A stretch of 40,487 nucleotides of DNA from Candidatus Omnitrophota bacterium (GCA_015233375.1 JADFXW010000005.1:541-41027); one strand, 5' to 3'. Shown: positions 11,378-21,944, numbered from the stretch's first letter. Notes: a model not told the origin generated them from the sequence alone. A program made the numbers and translations.

Positions 11378-11406
11378 AGTATACCCCCAAGTACGATACA
11401 TGTCAA
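11378..11406 (-). promoter_or_regulatory. sigma70 promoter of the TA operon
   Basis: TTGACA (11401-11406), 17 nt, TATACT (11378-11383). Confidence 0.85.
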
Positions 11407-11415
11407 GCTGCTTTT

Positions 11416-12579
11416 CTAAACCCGCCAGCTAAAATAGGGCCATCGATGTTGGTTTTTGTGGCTGTCATATTCGATAAAACCATCGGCTTGGGCTAAGGAG
11501 GCAAAATCACCCAAACCTCCTACGACCACTAATTTACCAGCTAAAACAGGTAAGAATTGAGTCAAATCTGATTGGATGTTAATATTTTCAGCAACCTCAA
11601 CAAATTCCTGTTTCACATCAAGCCCACTGGCCTTCTTTAAAAATGGGACAATATATCGAAAAGCACAGATTTGCGCAGATACAGGATTTCCAGGCAGGGC
11701 AAAAACAGGTTTCCCTCTTTGGGCTGTCCCAAACCAAAAAGGCTTGCCTGGCCTTTGGGAAACCTTGTGAAAAAGCTTTTTTATCCCAACCTTTGCCAAA
11801 ACCTTAGGCACATAATCAAAAGCTCCCATGGACAAACCGCCACTTAATATCACCACATCAAATTTTCCTAAAACTTCCTTAATACAATTAAATATCACCT
11901 GCTCATTATCAGGAGCATGAAAAATCTGGACGTCCCCTAGTTTAGCTTGATGGAATAACGCCTGTAATGCATACGAATTAGACAACCTGGTTTGATATTG
12001 CTTGATAGGCTTACTGATATCGACCAACTCATCACCTGTGGCTATCATCGCTATTTTAGGTAACGCGCTGACCTTAAATGTTGATTTTCCGACAATGGCT
12101 GCGGTTGCGATATGTGGAGCCAAAAGCTGGCAACCGTGTTTTAACAAGACCTTTCCCCTTTTCCCATCAGCAGCTTGAAAACGGATATTCTGGTTCTTTT
12201 TAACAATCGTCCAATCCTTAATTTCAGCTATATTACCTTCTAGATCAATTTGATCAATGGGTATAACACAATGACACCCTTTAGGCAAAACAGCGCCTGT
12301 CATGACACGTAAACAATAAGAAGAATTCTTTAAAGGTTTGGCTGCTATTCCTGGCGGAACAATGGCTTGGACATTAAACTGCCTGATGCCTTTTTGCCAA
12401 GCCTCAAAACTAATGGCAATACCGTCTAAAAGGCACTTGTCAAAAGGCGGTTGGTCACGATCGCTTTTTATATCTTCACGCAAAACACGACCTACTGCTT
12501 TTGAAAGTTGAATCGATTCAACAGCCAAAGGCTTGGCATGAGATAAGATAATCCTGATTGCTTCTGATGGAGAAACCAT
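11416..12579 (-). CDS. moeA: Molybdopterin molybdotransferase
   Basis: PPFD..DG, VMTGAVLP, TGDEL, SGGLSMGAFD, RPGKP, LPGNPVS. Confidence 0.95.
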   Translation of the reverse strand: MVSPSEAIRIILSHAKPLAVESIQLSKAVGRVLREDIKSDRDQPPFDKCLLDGIAISFEAWQKGIRQFNVQAIVPPGIAAKPLKNSSYCLRVMTGAVLPKGCHCVIPIDQIDLEGNIAEIKDWTIVKKNQNIRFQAADGKRGKVLLKHGCQLLAPHIATAAIVGKSTFKVSALPKIAMIATGDELVDISKPIKQYQTRLSNSYALQALFHQAKLGDVQIFHAPDNEQVIFNCIKEVLGKFDVVILSGGLSMGAFDYVPKVLAKVGIKKLFHKVSQRPGKPFWFGTAQRGKPVFALPGNPVSAQICAFRYIVPFLKKASGLDVKQEFVEVAENINIQSDLTQFLPVLAGKLVVVGGLGDFASLAQADGFIEYDSHKNQHRWPYFSWRV

Positions 12580-12624
12580 AGACTTTATTATCTCACAGAT
12601 TTACAAGATAGCAAGTAAGTTGAC

Positions 12625-12697
12625 GAACGGACCTGGAACTAAAATGGGGACAGGCCAATTTTTTTGTCCTGTCCCCATTTTAGTTCCAGGTCCGTTC
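12625..12697. repeat. Perfect 30-bp-arm hairpin (GGGGACAGG/CCTGTCCCC family C); may also terminate the TPR gene
   Basis: GAACGGACCTGGAACTAAAATGGGGACAGG, 13-nt loop, exact reverse complement; abuts the TPR stop codon. Confidence 0.9.
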
Positions 12698-13611
12698 TAG
12701 AAAAAACGAGGGTTGATAGAACGATCGTAAGGAAAACGAGGGTTATTCTGGCGATGAAGCATTAAAGAGACTTCTAGTAAATTCTGGGCCTCTTTGAGAC
12801 GCCCCATAGTTTTATAAATATTCGCCATATAGTAATAAACTTCAGGATTATTCTTCTCAATCAATAAACTTTTTTGAAAAAACTGCTCTGCCTGTGCTAA
12901 TTGCCCTTCTTCAAGAAGCCCAACCCCTAAATAAAGATATAAAGCATCTTTACAGGGCAACCCTCGGCCTAAAGCTGAATTGGCAAGAATGATCATTTTG
13001 TCATACTGTTTTAAATGATTTAAGGTTGATAATAATAAAATATAAGATTTTTCCAGGGCATTTTCCAACTGTTGGCCATAGGTATATTTAAAGTAAGGAC
13101 TTGCAGAAACCTGTCTGTAAATAATTGAAGTCTGCACTAAAAAAGCTGTTAACTTGGGATTTGCCCCAATAGCTTTAAATAAATATTGAGCGGACTCAGT
13201 CCACATGCCTTTTTTATAATAGATAACGCCTAAATTATAGTCAGGCCAAAACACATCCTGCCCGCCAAGCTGGGCAACATCTTTGTATAATTTAATGGCC
13301 CTTGCCTCATCACCCACATAATAACTGACATACCCAAGAAACTGTTTAGCAATCATATCATCTGGCACGTATTGCAAGATAAGCTCAAAATAATCCTTAT
13401 ATCCTTGCCATGACACCTTTTCATCTTTCGCCATTAAACCTTTTTCAAACAAAATTAACTGTGAAAAATCCCGGGCAGCAGAATTGAGGCGTCTTACCTT
13501 AATACGCTCATCAAGCGTCTTTAGATCTAAGCAGGTCAGACAAAAAATAAATATCACCAAGTAGATGACAGCAACCCTGCTAAAAAACCATTTAATTTGT
13601 TGGATAATCAT
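12697..13611 (-). CDS. Membrane-anchored tetratricopeptide repeat protein
   Basis: N-terminal TM segment; YNLGVIYYKKG, LYLGVGLLEEG and YYMANIY TPR units. Confidence 0.8.
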   Translation of the reverse strand: MIIQQIKWFFSRVAVIYLVIFIFCLTCLDLKTLDERIKVRRLNSAARDFSQLILFEKGLMAKDEKVSWQGYKDYFELILQYVPDDMIAKQFLGYVSYYVGDEARAIKLYKDVAQLGGQDVFWPDYNLGVIYYKKGMWTESAQYLFKAIGANPKLTAFLVQTSIIYRQVSASPYFKYTYGQQLENALEKSYILLLSTLNHLKQYDKMIILANSALGRGLPCKDALYLYLGVGLLEEGQLAQAEQFFQKSLLIEKNNPEVYYYMANIYKTMGRLKEAQNLLEVSLMLHRQNNPRFPYDRSINPRFF

Positions 13612-13630
13612 ATTATTTCAAATTTTATTC

Positions 13631-13726
13631 GGGCGGACACAAGGTGTGCCCCAACGACCATAAGAAGCGTCCTGCTTATTATGAACTCCCCCTAACCCCC
13701 TCTTTAATCGCTTCGCAAAGAGGGGG
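13631..13726. repeat. REP cluster: family B unit (13631-13655) and family A unit (13683-13726)
   Basis: GGGCGGACACAAGGTGTGCCCCAAC, and an exact copy of 3829-3872. Confidence 0.85.
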
Positions 13727-13750
13727 GGACATCTTGAACACGCATGATAA

Positions 13751-15868
13751 TTAACGATAAATTATAAAAAGGGCCACCAAACCTATTAATACCCCAAAAA
13801 ACAAAATTATTAAAGAATAATGAAAAAAATAGCGGCCAAAAGATCCAAAACGCAACACCACCTTTGATTCACCTGCGGGGACCCATAAACCCTTAAATGA
13901 ACCATTAGCCCTAAACAAATGGACTTCTTGGCCATTCACAAAAGCATGCCAATGGCTATGATAATTATCATTAATGACTAAAAACTCCTTATGAGACAAA
14001 TGCGTTTTTAAAATCCAGGTGTTTGAGTCGTGCTTCAAAACCGTCAATTCACCTAACGCCACAGGGTCAAAATCCGCGTTAAAGCTACGGGCCATATCAC
14101 CATGCATATTGTTCTGGATTCCCGCTTTCGCGGGAATGACAATATAAGAGGTATCCGCCCTTGGAACAAAGGCCAGATTAGCATGGGCTTTCATCGCATT
14201 TTGCAAATCAGTATAAAAATTGGGTGTTTCATCGTAAGGCTTCAGAATGTCATAAAAAATAAAGAGGTGTTGGCAATAACCATCAAACACCTCTGGATCA
14301 ATGTGATTAACCAGGTCCCCAAACCAATGGGAAGCATAATACAAATCAATTTTGTGTTTTCCTGTCACTTGATGAGTGTCCTCATAATGGGCAATAAATT
14401 TTTCTAATTGGAACAATTGTTTCTGTAAACTACTGTACACAGGAATTGACTGAATAAAAACAGCCAATAAAACCAACAAAAAACCAAGAAAACAGGAAAT
14501 CTTACGGTCATACAAAATCAATACTATAAAATAAATCAAACTCAATATAACAGCTAACCAATCAGTCCATAAAAGTCCTTGATGCGTTAATAAAAATAAA
14601 ACAAAAATCACATGAGCTGCAATGATAAAAAATAACCATTTTATTTTATGACCAGAAACCTCGATACACGAAAACAGGGATTTTAAAGCAGTCATGGCTA
14701 ATAATAAACCTGCGGGCAGTATTCCTAACCAAAAGAAATAATAAATGTTCCTGATAAATTTAAAACCCATGAGGTGTTCATACAAGAAGCGATGAAGACC
14801 TGAAGCTGTTGTAACCGTTACTAAAAAAAGCGCGAGAATATTAAACAACAAAAAGAAAATTAATTTGTTAACCCGTGCTGGTATAGTAACAAGTAAAATC
14901 AAGAAAAAGATAAACGGCAGGTAAATATCTCCCATGTCTAAATGAGCATGATCCGCAAAAAGTCGATCAAAGAAGCCATGGCTTATAAAATCTCCGCTTT
15001 TCACATGCTCCATGCTCACCGTCACTTCTGAAGCAGTTTTTGCCCCAGCATGCCGGTTTGGAAGAACAAATTCCCCAGCTTTCGAATCTTTATAAAAAAG
15101 AGCGCCAGGAACACATGCGGCTAATAAAAAAAACACACAAAACACGGAAAAAATTTTATTAATTTTAACAAAAGCCAGGCTGCCTTGCATAAACCCAACG
15201 AATTCTTTCCCATAAAACACCAAAACCGCCAAGATAAAAACAGTCAAAATCGTTATAAAGAAAAACGGGATATAGGTTGTGACCAACAACCCCAAGCATA
15301 AACACATCCCTAAAAAATGCCCCTTTTGAAAACGTTGAGCAAAACATAATAAAAAATAAAAAAACCAGACCACAGGAACAAAAATAATAATAATATAATT
15401 ATAAAAAATTTCCGTCGACCAAGAGGAATAAAGAAAAAGAAGATACGCTAAAAAGGCGCAAAAATGATCTTTTAAAAGAAGACGGGTTATCAAATACAAC
15501 GACCACCCTGCTAGAAAATAATAAAAACCTAGAAATATCAAATAGGCAAAAGAGCCGGGTAACCCAAACCCTTTTAAAATTAGTATTAGAATAAAAAATG
15601 GATTAACATCGCCCATCCTTCTTAAAAAGAAATCATTGGACGCCCCGTTAAACCAGGTCGGGTCCCATAATGGATAAACCCCACGACTTAAATTATCAGC
15701 ATAAAAACAAATATGGTTCGCGTAAGAGATAGCATCTTCATATAAAAGCAGGCGACCTGTAAAAAAATGCCAAAAACAAATCACCCATAAAATAAAGGGG
15801 AAAGATAAATAAAAAAATTCGTATCTGGAGGTGTGAGAGGAAAATTTATCAAGGAATGACTTAAACAT
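13751..15868 (-). CDS. YfhO-like polytopic membrane protein (GT-C-like)
   Basis: GVYPLWDP N-terminal motif; many TM helices; C-terminal DNYHSHWHAFVNG..RANGSFKGLWVPAG. Confidence 0.8.
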   Translation of the reverse strand: MFKSFLDKFSSHTSRYEFFYLSFPFILWVICFWHFFTGRLLLYEDAISYANHICFYADNLSRGVYPLWDPTWFNGASNDFFLRRMGDVNPFFILILILKGFGLPGSFAYLIFLGFYYFLAGWSLYLITRLLLKDHFCAFLAYLLFLYSSWSTEIFYNYIIIIFVPVVWFFYFLLCFAQRFQKGHFLGMCLCLGLLVTTYIPFFFITILTVFILAVLVFYGKEFVGFMQGSLAFVKINKIFSVFCVFFLLAACVPGALFYKDSKAGEFVLPNRHAGAKTASEVTVSMEHVKSGDFISHGFFDRLFADHAHLDMGDIYLPFIFFLILLVTIPARVNKLIFFLLFNILALFLVTVTTASGLHRFLYEHLMGFKFIRNIYYFFWLGILPAGLLLAMTALKSLFSCIEVSGHKIKWLFFIIAAHVIFVLFLLTHQGLLWTDWLAVILSLIYFIVLILYDRKISCFLGFLLVLLAVFIQSIPVYSSLQKQLFQLEKFIAHYEDTHQVTGKHKIDLYYASHWFGDLVNHIDPEVFDGYCQHLFIFYDILKPYDETPNFYTDLQNAMKAHANLAFVPRADTSYIVIPAKAGIQNNMHGDMARSFNADFDPVALGELTVLKHDSNTWILKTHLSHKEFLVINDNYHSHWHAFVNGQEVHLFRANGSFKGLWVPAGESKVVLRFGSFGRYFFHYSLIILFFGVLIGLVALFIIYR
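14114..14140. repeat. dRS3/RPE4-like palindrome inside a CDS
   Basis: CTGGATTCCCGCTTTCGCGGGAATGAC matches ATTCCC-N8-GGGAAT; translated in frame as VIPAKAGIQ. Confidence 0.85.
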
Positions 15869-15904
15869 AGTATTTTATAGCAAGGTTTATAGACATCTTA
15901 AAAA

Positions 15905-15940
15905 GAACTCCCCCTACCCCCTCTTTAAAAAAAGAGGGGG
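15905..15940. repeat. REP-like palindrome, family A
   Basis: Identical to 2739-2774. Confidence 0.9.
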
Positions 15941-15972
15941 AAAAATTGCCCATGATTTAAATTTAAAAAAAA

Positions 15973-16494
15973 TCATAAAAATTTGCTGCGTATTTGGTAG
16001 ACGGCAATGCCAAAAGCAACAGCCACATTTAATGAATTCTTAATCCCATCCATATCAATTTCAATAGCCGCGTTGGCCCATTTGGCTAAAGAATCAGATA
16101 TCCCTTCAACCTCATTGCCAACCACCAAACATACAGGAAACTTAGGGGTAAAGGCATCATAACTCACCGCGCCTTGCATCTGCTCCAAAAGAACAATTTG
16201 ATACCCTTGAGTTTTTAATTCTTGGACCAAACTAACCGGGTCTTCTCTATATTCCCATGGGACATGATTTTCAGCGCCTAACGCGGTCTTTGCAATACCA
16301 CCTTGTGGAGGATAACCTGTAATACCGCAAAGCCAGACCTTTTGAATCCCTGCCCCATCCGCAGTCCTGAACATATTACCCACATTATGAAGACTGCGGA
16401 TATTATTTAAAAGAACACATAAAGGAAGCCTGCGATTCTTGACGCGTTGAACCTGCCGGGCAATGATTTCCTCATGGGAAAGCTTTCGAATCAT
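15973..16494 (-). CDS. TrmH/SpoU family RNA methyltransferase
   Basis: NIRSLHNVGNMFRTAD, VVGNEVEGI, SLNVAVAFGI; ATGA overlap with the upstream gene. Confidence 0.92.
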   Translation of the reverse strand: MIRKLSHEEIIARQVQRVKNRRLPLCVLLNNIRSLHNVGNMFRTADGAGIQKVWLCGITGYPPQGGIAKTALGAENHVPWEYREDPVSLVQELKTQGYQIVLLEQMQGAVSYDAFTPKFPVCLVVGNEVEGISDSLAKWANAAIEIDMDGIKNSLNVAVAFGIAVYQIRSKFL

Positions 16495-18209
16495 GAAAGC
16501 TTCTCCCATTCACGAGTGACCTCTTCAACCAATGGTTTGATAATACCCTCTGAAAAATCAAACGAAATCCCGCTCGTAGTAAATAACTCTCTCAATGGTC
16601 TTGAACCGCCTAAAGCCAATCCCCTTTTATAATTTTCTAAAGCTTCTTTAAGATTGCGGCGTGCATGAAGCCATACCTGCAATGCACCTAACTGGGCAAT
16701 CCCGTATTCAATATAGTAGAATGGTACCTCAAAAATATGCAATTGCCTATGCCATAAATAACTTTTTATTTCTGACAAGCCATCCCAATCGATAAATTGA
16801 CCACCAAACTTGTCAAACAAACCATTCCAGGCCAAGGAACGCTCTTGATGAGAATGGTTTGGGTGTTCGTAAAGCCAATGTTGAAACGCGTCAATATTAG
16901 CCACCCACGCTAAAACCTGAATAATCCCTTCCAGATGTTCCCGGTTAGATCTTCTCACATCTTCTGGATCATAAAATTCACTTAAATAATCACTTCCTAA
17001 AAGTTCCATGGACATGGACGCCACTTCACAAAACTCCATCGGTGCATGACGGTAATCAACCATTGGGTCTGACGCACAAGCCATCGCATGAAAGGCATGA
17101 CCTGACTCATGTAATAAGGTGCGGACATCATCATCCACACCCACCGCATTCATAAAAATAAAAGGTTTTCTGGACTCATCCAGGGTGTTTTGGTATCCGC
17201 CAGGCGCCTTGCCCTTACGGTTTTCTAAATCTAAAAGCCCTAAACTATCCATTTCTTGAAATTGACGATTGAATTCAATATCCAATTTGTTAAAGATAGC
17301 GCCTGTGGATTGAATTAATTTCCTGGTGTCTTTAAAAGGTGAAAGGGGCTTTTTGCCTAATGGATCACAAGATGTGTCCCAAGGACGGAGTGATTTTAAT
17401 TTCATCTGTTGGCGCCTTGTATTCAAAATCTTTCCATTTAAAGGGACAATCCACTTTTCTATTGTCTGATGATATTTATGGCAATCTTCAGGGGTGTAAT
17501 CAAACCGATGATACGCTTTAAATTGATAATCAATAAAACTTTTATAACCTGCATTTTGGGCTATGGTATTTCGAAGATTAAAAAGCTTATCAAAAATTTC
17601 TTCAAATTTATCCTTATCTTGAAGGCGGCGCTGGGCTGAGGCTTGCCAGGCTCTTTGGCGCAAGGCGGAATCTGTTTCCTGCAAATATTTAGCCATCTGA
17701 GGCAAGGTCTGTTGGCGGCCTTCAAACATGACCGTCATGGCCCCTGAGAGTGTTTGATATTCCTGGGCCAATAAATCAACCTGTGTTTGCAAGGGCACAT
17801 TTTGTTCACAAAAAAGTTTTATGTCCTGTGAAATATCACGCTCATACACCTCATAGCGTTTTTTGTCTAAACCAAAAGACTTTTGGGCCTTCAGGTATTT
17901 ATGGTTTAACCGGTCGTTGATAGGCTTGACTGCTGGCGGAACTGTTTGTATAAAACGCGCATAAGCCTCTGTTCTTTGGGCATCATCTGTTTGGCAGGTC
18001 ATGCGGATATAAAGGATGGAACCTGCTTGAGACAAGCTCGCATCCAATTCAGAACGGTCCATGAGCCAACGTTCTAAGTCTTGGGCTGATTCTATATTCC
18101 TGGCCTCTAATTGTTGATAAAGGCTTTTGACCAGCTGAACATCAGTTAAATCAACCCCTTCTGGAACAAAGGATCGTTTTTGATAATAAGGTAATTGGTC
18201 TAAATCCAT
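16491..18209 (-). CDS. M3B family oligoendopeptidase F
   Basis: HESGH zincin motif, GKAPGGY, EVASMSME, PFYYIEY. Start ATG 18209 has a GAAAGG SD. Confidence 0.93.
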   Translation of the reverse strand: MDLDQLPYYQKRSFVPEGVDLTDVQLVKSLYQQLEARNIESAQDLERWLMDRSELDASLSQAGSILYIRMTCQTDDAQRTEAYARFIQTVPPAVKPINDRLNHKYLKAQKSFGLDKKRYEVYERDISQDIKLFCEQNVPLQTQVDLLAQEYQTLSGAMTVMFEGRQQTLPQMAKYLQETDSALRQRAWQASAQRRLQDKDKFEEIFDKLFNLRNTIAQNAGYKSFIDYQFKAYHRFDYTPEDCHKYHQTIEKWIVPLNGKILNTRRQQMKLKSLRPWDTSCDPLGKKPLSPFKDTRKLIQSTGAIFNKLDIEFNRQFQEMDSLGLLDLENRKGKAPGGYQNTLDESRKPFIFMNAVGVDDDVRTLLHESGHAFHAMACASDPMVDYRHAPMEFCEVASMSMELLGSDYLSEFYDPEDVRRSNREHLEGIIQVLAWVANIDAFQHWLYEHPNHSHQERSLAWNGLFDKFGGQFIDWDGLSEIKSYLWHRQLHIFEVPFYYIEYGIAQLGALQVWLHARRNLKEALENYKRGLALGGSRPLRELFTTSGISFDFSEGIIKPLVEEVTREWEKLS

Positions 18210-18315
18210 AACAACCTTTCTAAAAACGCTTGACAAATAATTTATTTGGATTATATTTAAAATTCAAAATTTAAGCATTAAATTTAATGAATATTCTTAT
18301 TTGAGGTGCAAAAAC

Positions 18316-18543
18316 ATGAGATCTTGTATTGTTTGTTCTAAAAGTCCGACAACCGGAAAGAAATATAGACGCCGTGGTATGGAAAAGAGAAAAGGCGGTG
18401 CAGGTTCCAAAGTTGTCGGTAAAAGTTTCCGCACGGTTTTTCCTAATTTACAACGCATTAAAATTTCTTTAAACGGTAGTGTGCAACATGCGATGGTGTG
18501 CACAAGCTGTATTCAAGCCAATAAAGTCACTAAAGCGGCTTAA
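18316..18543 (+). CDS. rpmB: 50S ribosomal protein bL28 (zinc-binding C+ form)
   Basis: CIVC...FPNLQ...VCTSC; SD GAGGTG; TTGACA (18230)-16 nt-TATATT upstream. Confidence 0.95.
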   Translation: MRSCIVCSKSPTTGKKYRRRGMEKRKGGAGSKVVGKSFRTVFPNLQRIKISLNGSVQHAMVCTSCIQANKVTKAA

Positions 18544-18559
18544 TTAAATTCTTAAAAAC

Positions 18560-18590
18560 AAGGACAGGTCTTAAAAGCCTGTCCTTTTTT
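18560..18590 (+). terminator. Intrinsic terminator between convergent rpmB and recJ
   Basis: AAGGACAGG / CCTGTCCTT stem followed by a T run. Confidence 0.8.
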
Positions 18591-20269
18591 TATGATTTAA
18601 TGTCCTTTAAGATAAGCTGCACCGTATCTGGCTTGTTCCAATCATCAATCGCTACAGAATAAGCTAAATCAATTTTTTTTCCAAGTTGAACCATGTCTTT
18701 CATGGAAGCCATCCCAAAACCTACCACACTTAATGTGCACGCCCCATCACTGACCCAAAATTTAATCGTATCCTTACCTAACACATTCACCGCGCTTTTG
18801 ACAACAACCTGCCTTGTACAAAACACAGGAGCAGGGTTTCCTTCTCCATGAGGTTCCATGGCACAAATAAAATTAACAAGAGACACATCAAGCATGCTTA
18901 AAGGCATATCATAATCAATCTCAAGCGTTGGGATAAAATTTTCCCGCGTCATGTTCTGTTTAGCAAAATCATTAATCGCAAGACGAAAATTCTCAATATT
19001 GTCATGTTTAAGCCTTAAACCAGCGGCCCGCTTATGTCCTCCATAATTATCTAATACACCCGCACAAGAACTCAAGGCTTCATGTAAATGGAAACCTTCT
19101 ATAGAACGGGCTGATCCTGTCCCTATACCACCTTCCACTGAAATGACCACGGTGGGTCGATAATATTTATCCACAATACGGCTGGCCACAATACCTAAAA
19201 CGCCTTTATGCCAGCCTTCTTTATGCACCACAATAATATCTTGGTTCTTAATGCCTTCGTTAGACTCAATCATTAAAAGCGCCTCTGTAATCACCTCACC
19301 TTGCATTTTTTGGCGGGTTTGATTATGCGCCTCAAGACTATGGGCCAACGCATACGCGTCGGTCTGATTCTCAGATAAAAGAAGATCTAAAGAAATAGAA
19401 GCCCTATCCATGCGGCCTGCGGCATTAAGCCTGGGGCCTAGCATAAAACCAATATAATGAGGTTTCATCTTTTTGCCCGCGATTTTGGCCACGTCCAACA
19501 AAGCTTTAATTCCTGGCTTACTACTCCGTTCAATATAAGGCATGCCATTCTTCACTAAAATGCGGTTCTCGCCAGATAACGGGACGACGTCAGCAACAGT
19601 CCCCAGAGCCACTAAATCAAGTTCCTCCATAGGTATGGACCCCAGCATCGCCTGCATTAATTTAGCGACCAGACCAACGGCAGATAAGCTTTTAAAAGGA
19701 TATAAACAATCATGCCTTTTAGGATTAATAACCGCTCTAGCATTCGGGAGTTTTAAACCTTCAGGCTCATGATGATCAATAATAATAACATCAATCCCTG
19801 CCTTATTAAGCGCATCCACAGGAGAAAAAGCATTAATACCGCAATCAACGCTTATCAACAGATTAATATCCTGGTCTTTGGCTAATTTGGCAATATCATC
19901 ATTCAAACCATACCCATCTTCCATGCGATGAGGAATATAATTAATAGTATTTATCTGCAGTTGATTCAACAAACGGCGAAGAAGGGCGCTTGAGGTCACG
20001 CCATCAACATCATAATCACCATAAATAAGAACCTTATCGCCATTCATTCGCGCAGCTTCAATACGCTCAACCGCCTTGTCCATGTCTGTAAGTAAGAAGG
20101 GATTATATAAAGAAGAGATATCCGCAGACATAAACATCCTTGCCTGGTCTAAAGAAGTAATCTTACGGTTTATTAAAAGCTGAGCTATGACAGGATGGAG
20201 CCCTAATGTATCACTGATGTGTTTTTGCAGGTTGGGGTCATGGGGTTTAATGAGCCATTGTCGGGTCAT
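18590..20269 (-). CDS. recJ: ssDNA exonuclease RecJ
   Basis: YGDYDVDG, DCG, DHH, PRLNAAGR, GSARS, GGHKRAAG. Confidence 0.98.
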   Translation of the reverse strand: MTRQWLIKPHDPNLQKHISDTLGLHPVIAQLLINRKITSLDQARMFMSADISSLYNPFLLTDMDKAVERIEAARMNGDKVLIYGDYDVDGVTSSALLRRLLNQLQINTINYIPHRMEDGYGLNDDIAKLAKDQDINLLISVDCGINAFSPVDALNKAGIDVIIIDHHEPEGLKLPNARAVINPKRHDCLYPFKSLSAVGLVAKLMQAMLGSIPMEELDLVALGTVADVVPLSGENRILVKNGMPYIERSSKPGIKALLDVAKIAGKKMKPHYIGFMLGPRLNAAGRMDRASISLDLLLSENQTDAYALAHSLEAHNQTRQKMQGEVITEALLMIESNEGIKNQDIIVVHKEGWHKGVLGIVASRIVDKYYRPTVVISVEGGIGTGSARSIEGFHLHEALSSCAGVLDNYGGHKRAAGLRLKHDNIENFRLAINDFAKQNMTRENFIPTLEIDYDMPLSMLDVSLVNFICAMEPHGEGNPAPVFCTRQVVVKSAVNVLGKDTIKFWVSDGACTLSVVGFGMASMKDMVQLGKKIDLAYSVAIDDWNKPDTVQLILKDIKS

Positions 20270-20273
20270 GAAA

Positions 20274-21944
20274 TTACATTTTCTGAGGCTGTGACACCCC
20301 TAAAAGCCTTAGGCCATTGCCTAAAACCACACAAGCTGCCTCAATTAACCCTAAGCGTTCCGAAGAAATATCTTTATTTTCATCCAAGACCCTGCAGGAA
20401 TCATAAAATTTATGGAAAGCTGCCGCCATTTCCTGTAAATACCTGACTAAAGCAAAAGGTTCTATGAAATGCGCACAACTCACAAGAATATCTGGATAAA
20501 GACCAATTTTACGCATTAAATCCAATTCTTCAGGCGCATGAAGACTTCTGAAATCATTTTGCTTAGGTGTTAAATGGAGTTCGTCATAAGCCTTGCGGAT
20601 AATACTGCATATGCGCGCATGCGCGTATTGAATATAATACACGGGATTTTCAGCGTTTTGTTTCTTGGCTAACGCCAAATCAAAATCCAAATGAGCGCTG
20701 GCCTGGCGCATCAAAAAGAAAAACCGGGCTGCATCACGGCCTACTTCATCCATGACTTCCCTAAGAGTGATAAATTCACCTCTTCTGGTGGACATGGAAA
20801 CCTCAACACCATCCCTAAAAATAGTGGCTAACTGGACAATCAGGACGTCTAAATCGTCCGTTTTATACCCCAAGGCGCCTGCGGCAGCCTTAATACGGGG
20901 AATATAACCATGATGATCCGGACCTAAAATATTCACAATACGACTGAAACCTCGCGCGAATTTGTCTTTATGATACACCATGTCCGGTGTCAAATAGGTG
21001 TATTGGCCATCGCTCTTTCTGACCACACGGTCTTTATCATCAGACCATAAAGTAGATTTAAACCACCAGGCCCCTTCTGCTTCGTAAACATAGCCCTTGT
21101 TTTTTAGATCAGCCAAAAGCGCTTCAATAGACTGCGGGTTTGCAATAACCGATTGATACGACCAAATATCAAAATGAACTCCAAAATCCTCAAGATCTTT
21201 CTGAATCAGGTCCATCAAATATTGGACACCAAATTTCCTGAAAGCATCATCTTGCAGCTTTAATAAATCATCCAGTGATTGAATTTGATGTTGACCCATA
21301 AAAACCTTGGCCATGTCTCGAATATAATCACCTTGATAACCATCTTCCGGGAATGTGATATCGCTCCCCAGGATTTGTAAAGCCCTGGCTTTAATGGATC
21401 GTCCTAAAATATTAATTTGATTGCCTTCATCATTAACGTAATATTCTCTTTGAGCATTAAAACCAACGGCTTTCAGGATATTCACCAGAACATCCCCAAC
21501 AGCTGCTTGACGGCCATGGGCCACGGTCAGCGGGCCGGTTGGATTAGCAGAGACAAACTCTAAACAAAACTTTTGGCCATCCCCGAAATTTGAACACCCA
21601 TACCTGTCTTTTTGCTCAAACACGTCATATAAAACATGATAAAAACCTTCAGGTGACAAATAAAAATTAATAAAACCAGGGGCTTTTATTTCAATCTTGC
21701 CTATCTCTTTATTCAGGGGGCTTTGATTCAATAAATCTTGTAAGACAGGCAGGACTTCCTTGGCAATTATCAAGGGATTTTTCTTAAGCTGCCTGCTTAA
21801 TTGCAGGGCGATATTACAAGAAAATTCACCATGTTGTGTTTCTGCAGGAATATCGATAATAATATTAGGAATGGTAATCCCCTGAAATATAGACAAGGAA
21901 TCTGAAATTAAGTTTTTGAGCTGTTGACGTGTCTCTGAAAACAT
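20274..21944 (-). CDS. argS: Arginine--tRNA ligase
   Basis: EFVSANPTGPL.VAHGR, MSTRRG, YIQYAHAR, C-terminal DALR-type domain. Confidence 0.98.
   Translation of the reverse strand: MFSETRQQLKNLISDSLSIFQGITIPNIIIDIPAETQHGEFSCNIALQLSRQLKKNPLIIAKEVLPVLQDLLNQSPLNKEIGKIEIKAPGFINFYLSPEGFYHVLYDVFEQKDRYGCSNFGDGQKFCLEFVSANPTGPLTVAHGRQAAVGDVLVNILKAVGFNAQREYYVNDEGNQINILGRSIKARALQILGSDITFPEDGYQGDYIRDMAKVFMGQHQIQSLDDLLKLQDDAFRKFGVQYLMDLIQKDLEDFGVHFDIWSYQSVIANPQSIEALLADLKNKGYVYEAEGAWWFKSTLWSDDKDRVVRKSDGQYTYLTPDMVYHKDKFARGFSRIVNILGPDHHGYIPRIKAAAGALGYKTDDLDVLIVQLATIFRDGVEVSMSTRRGEFITLREVMDEVGRDAARFFFLMRQASAHLDFDLALAKKQNAENPVYYIQYAHARICSIIRKAYDELHLTPKQNDFRSLHAPEELDLMRKIGLYPDILVSCAHFIEPFALVRYLQEMAAAFHKFYDSCRVLDENKDISSERLGLIEAACVVLGNGLRLLGVSQPQKM

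Noticed and set aside
21508-21545. ArgS HIGH motif reads TVAH
   Set aside because: Within the known variability of ArgRS signature sequences; the rest of the enzyme is intact.
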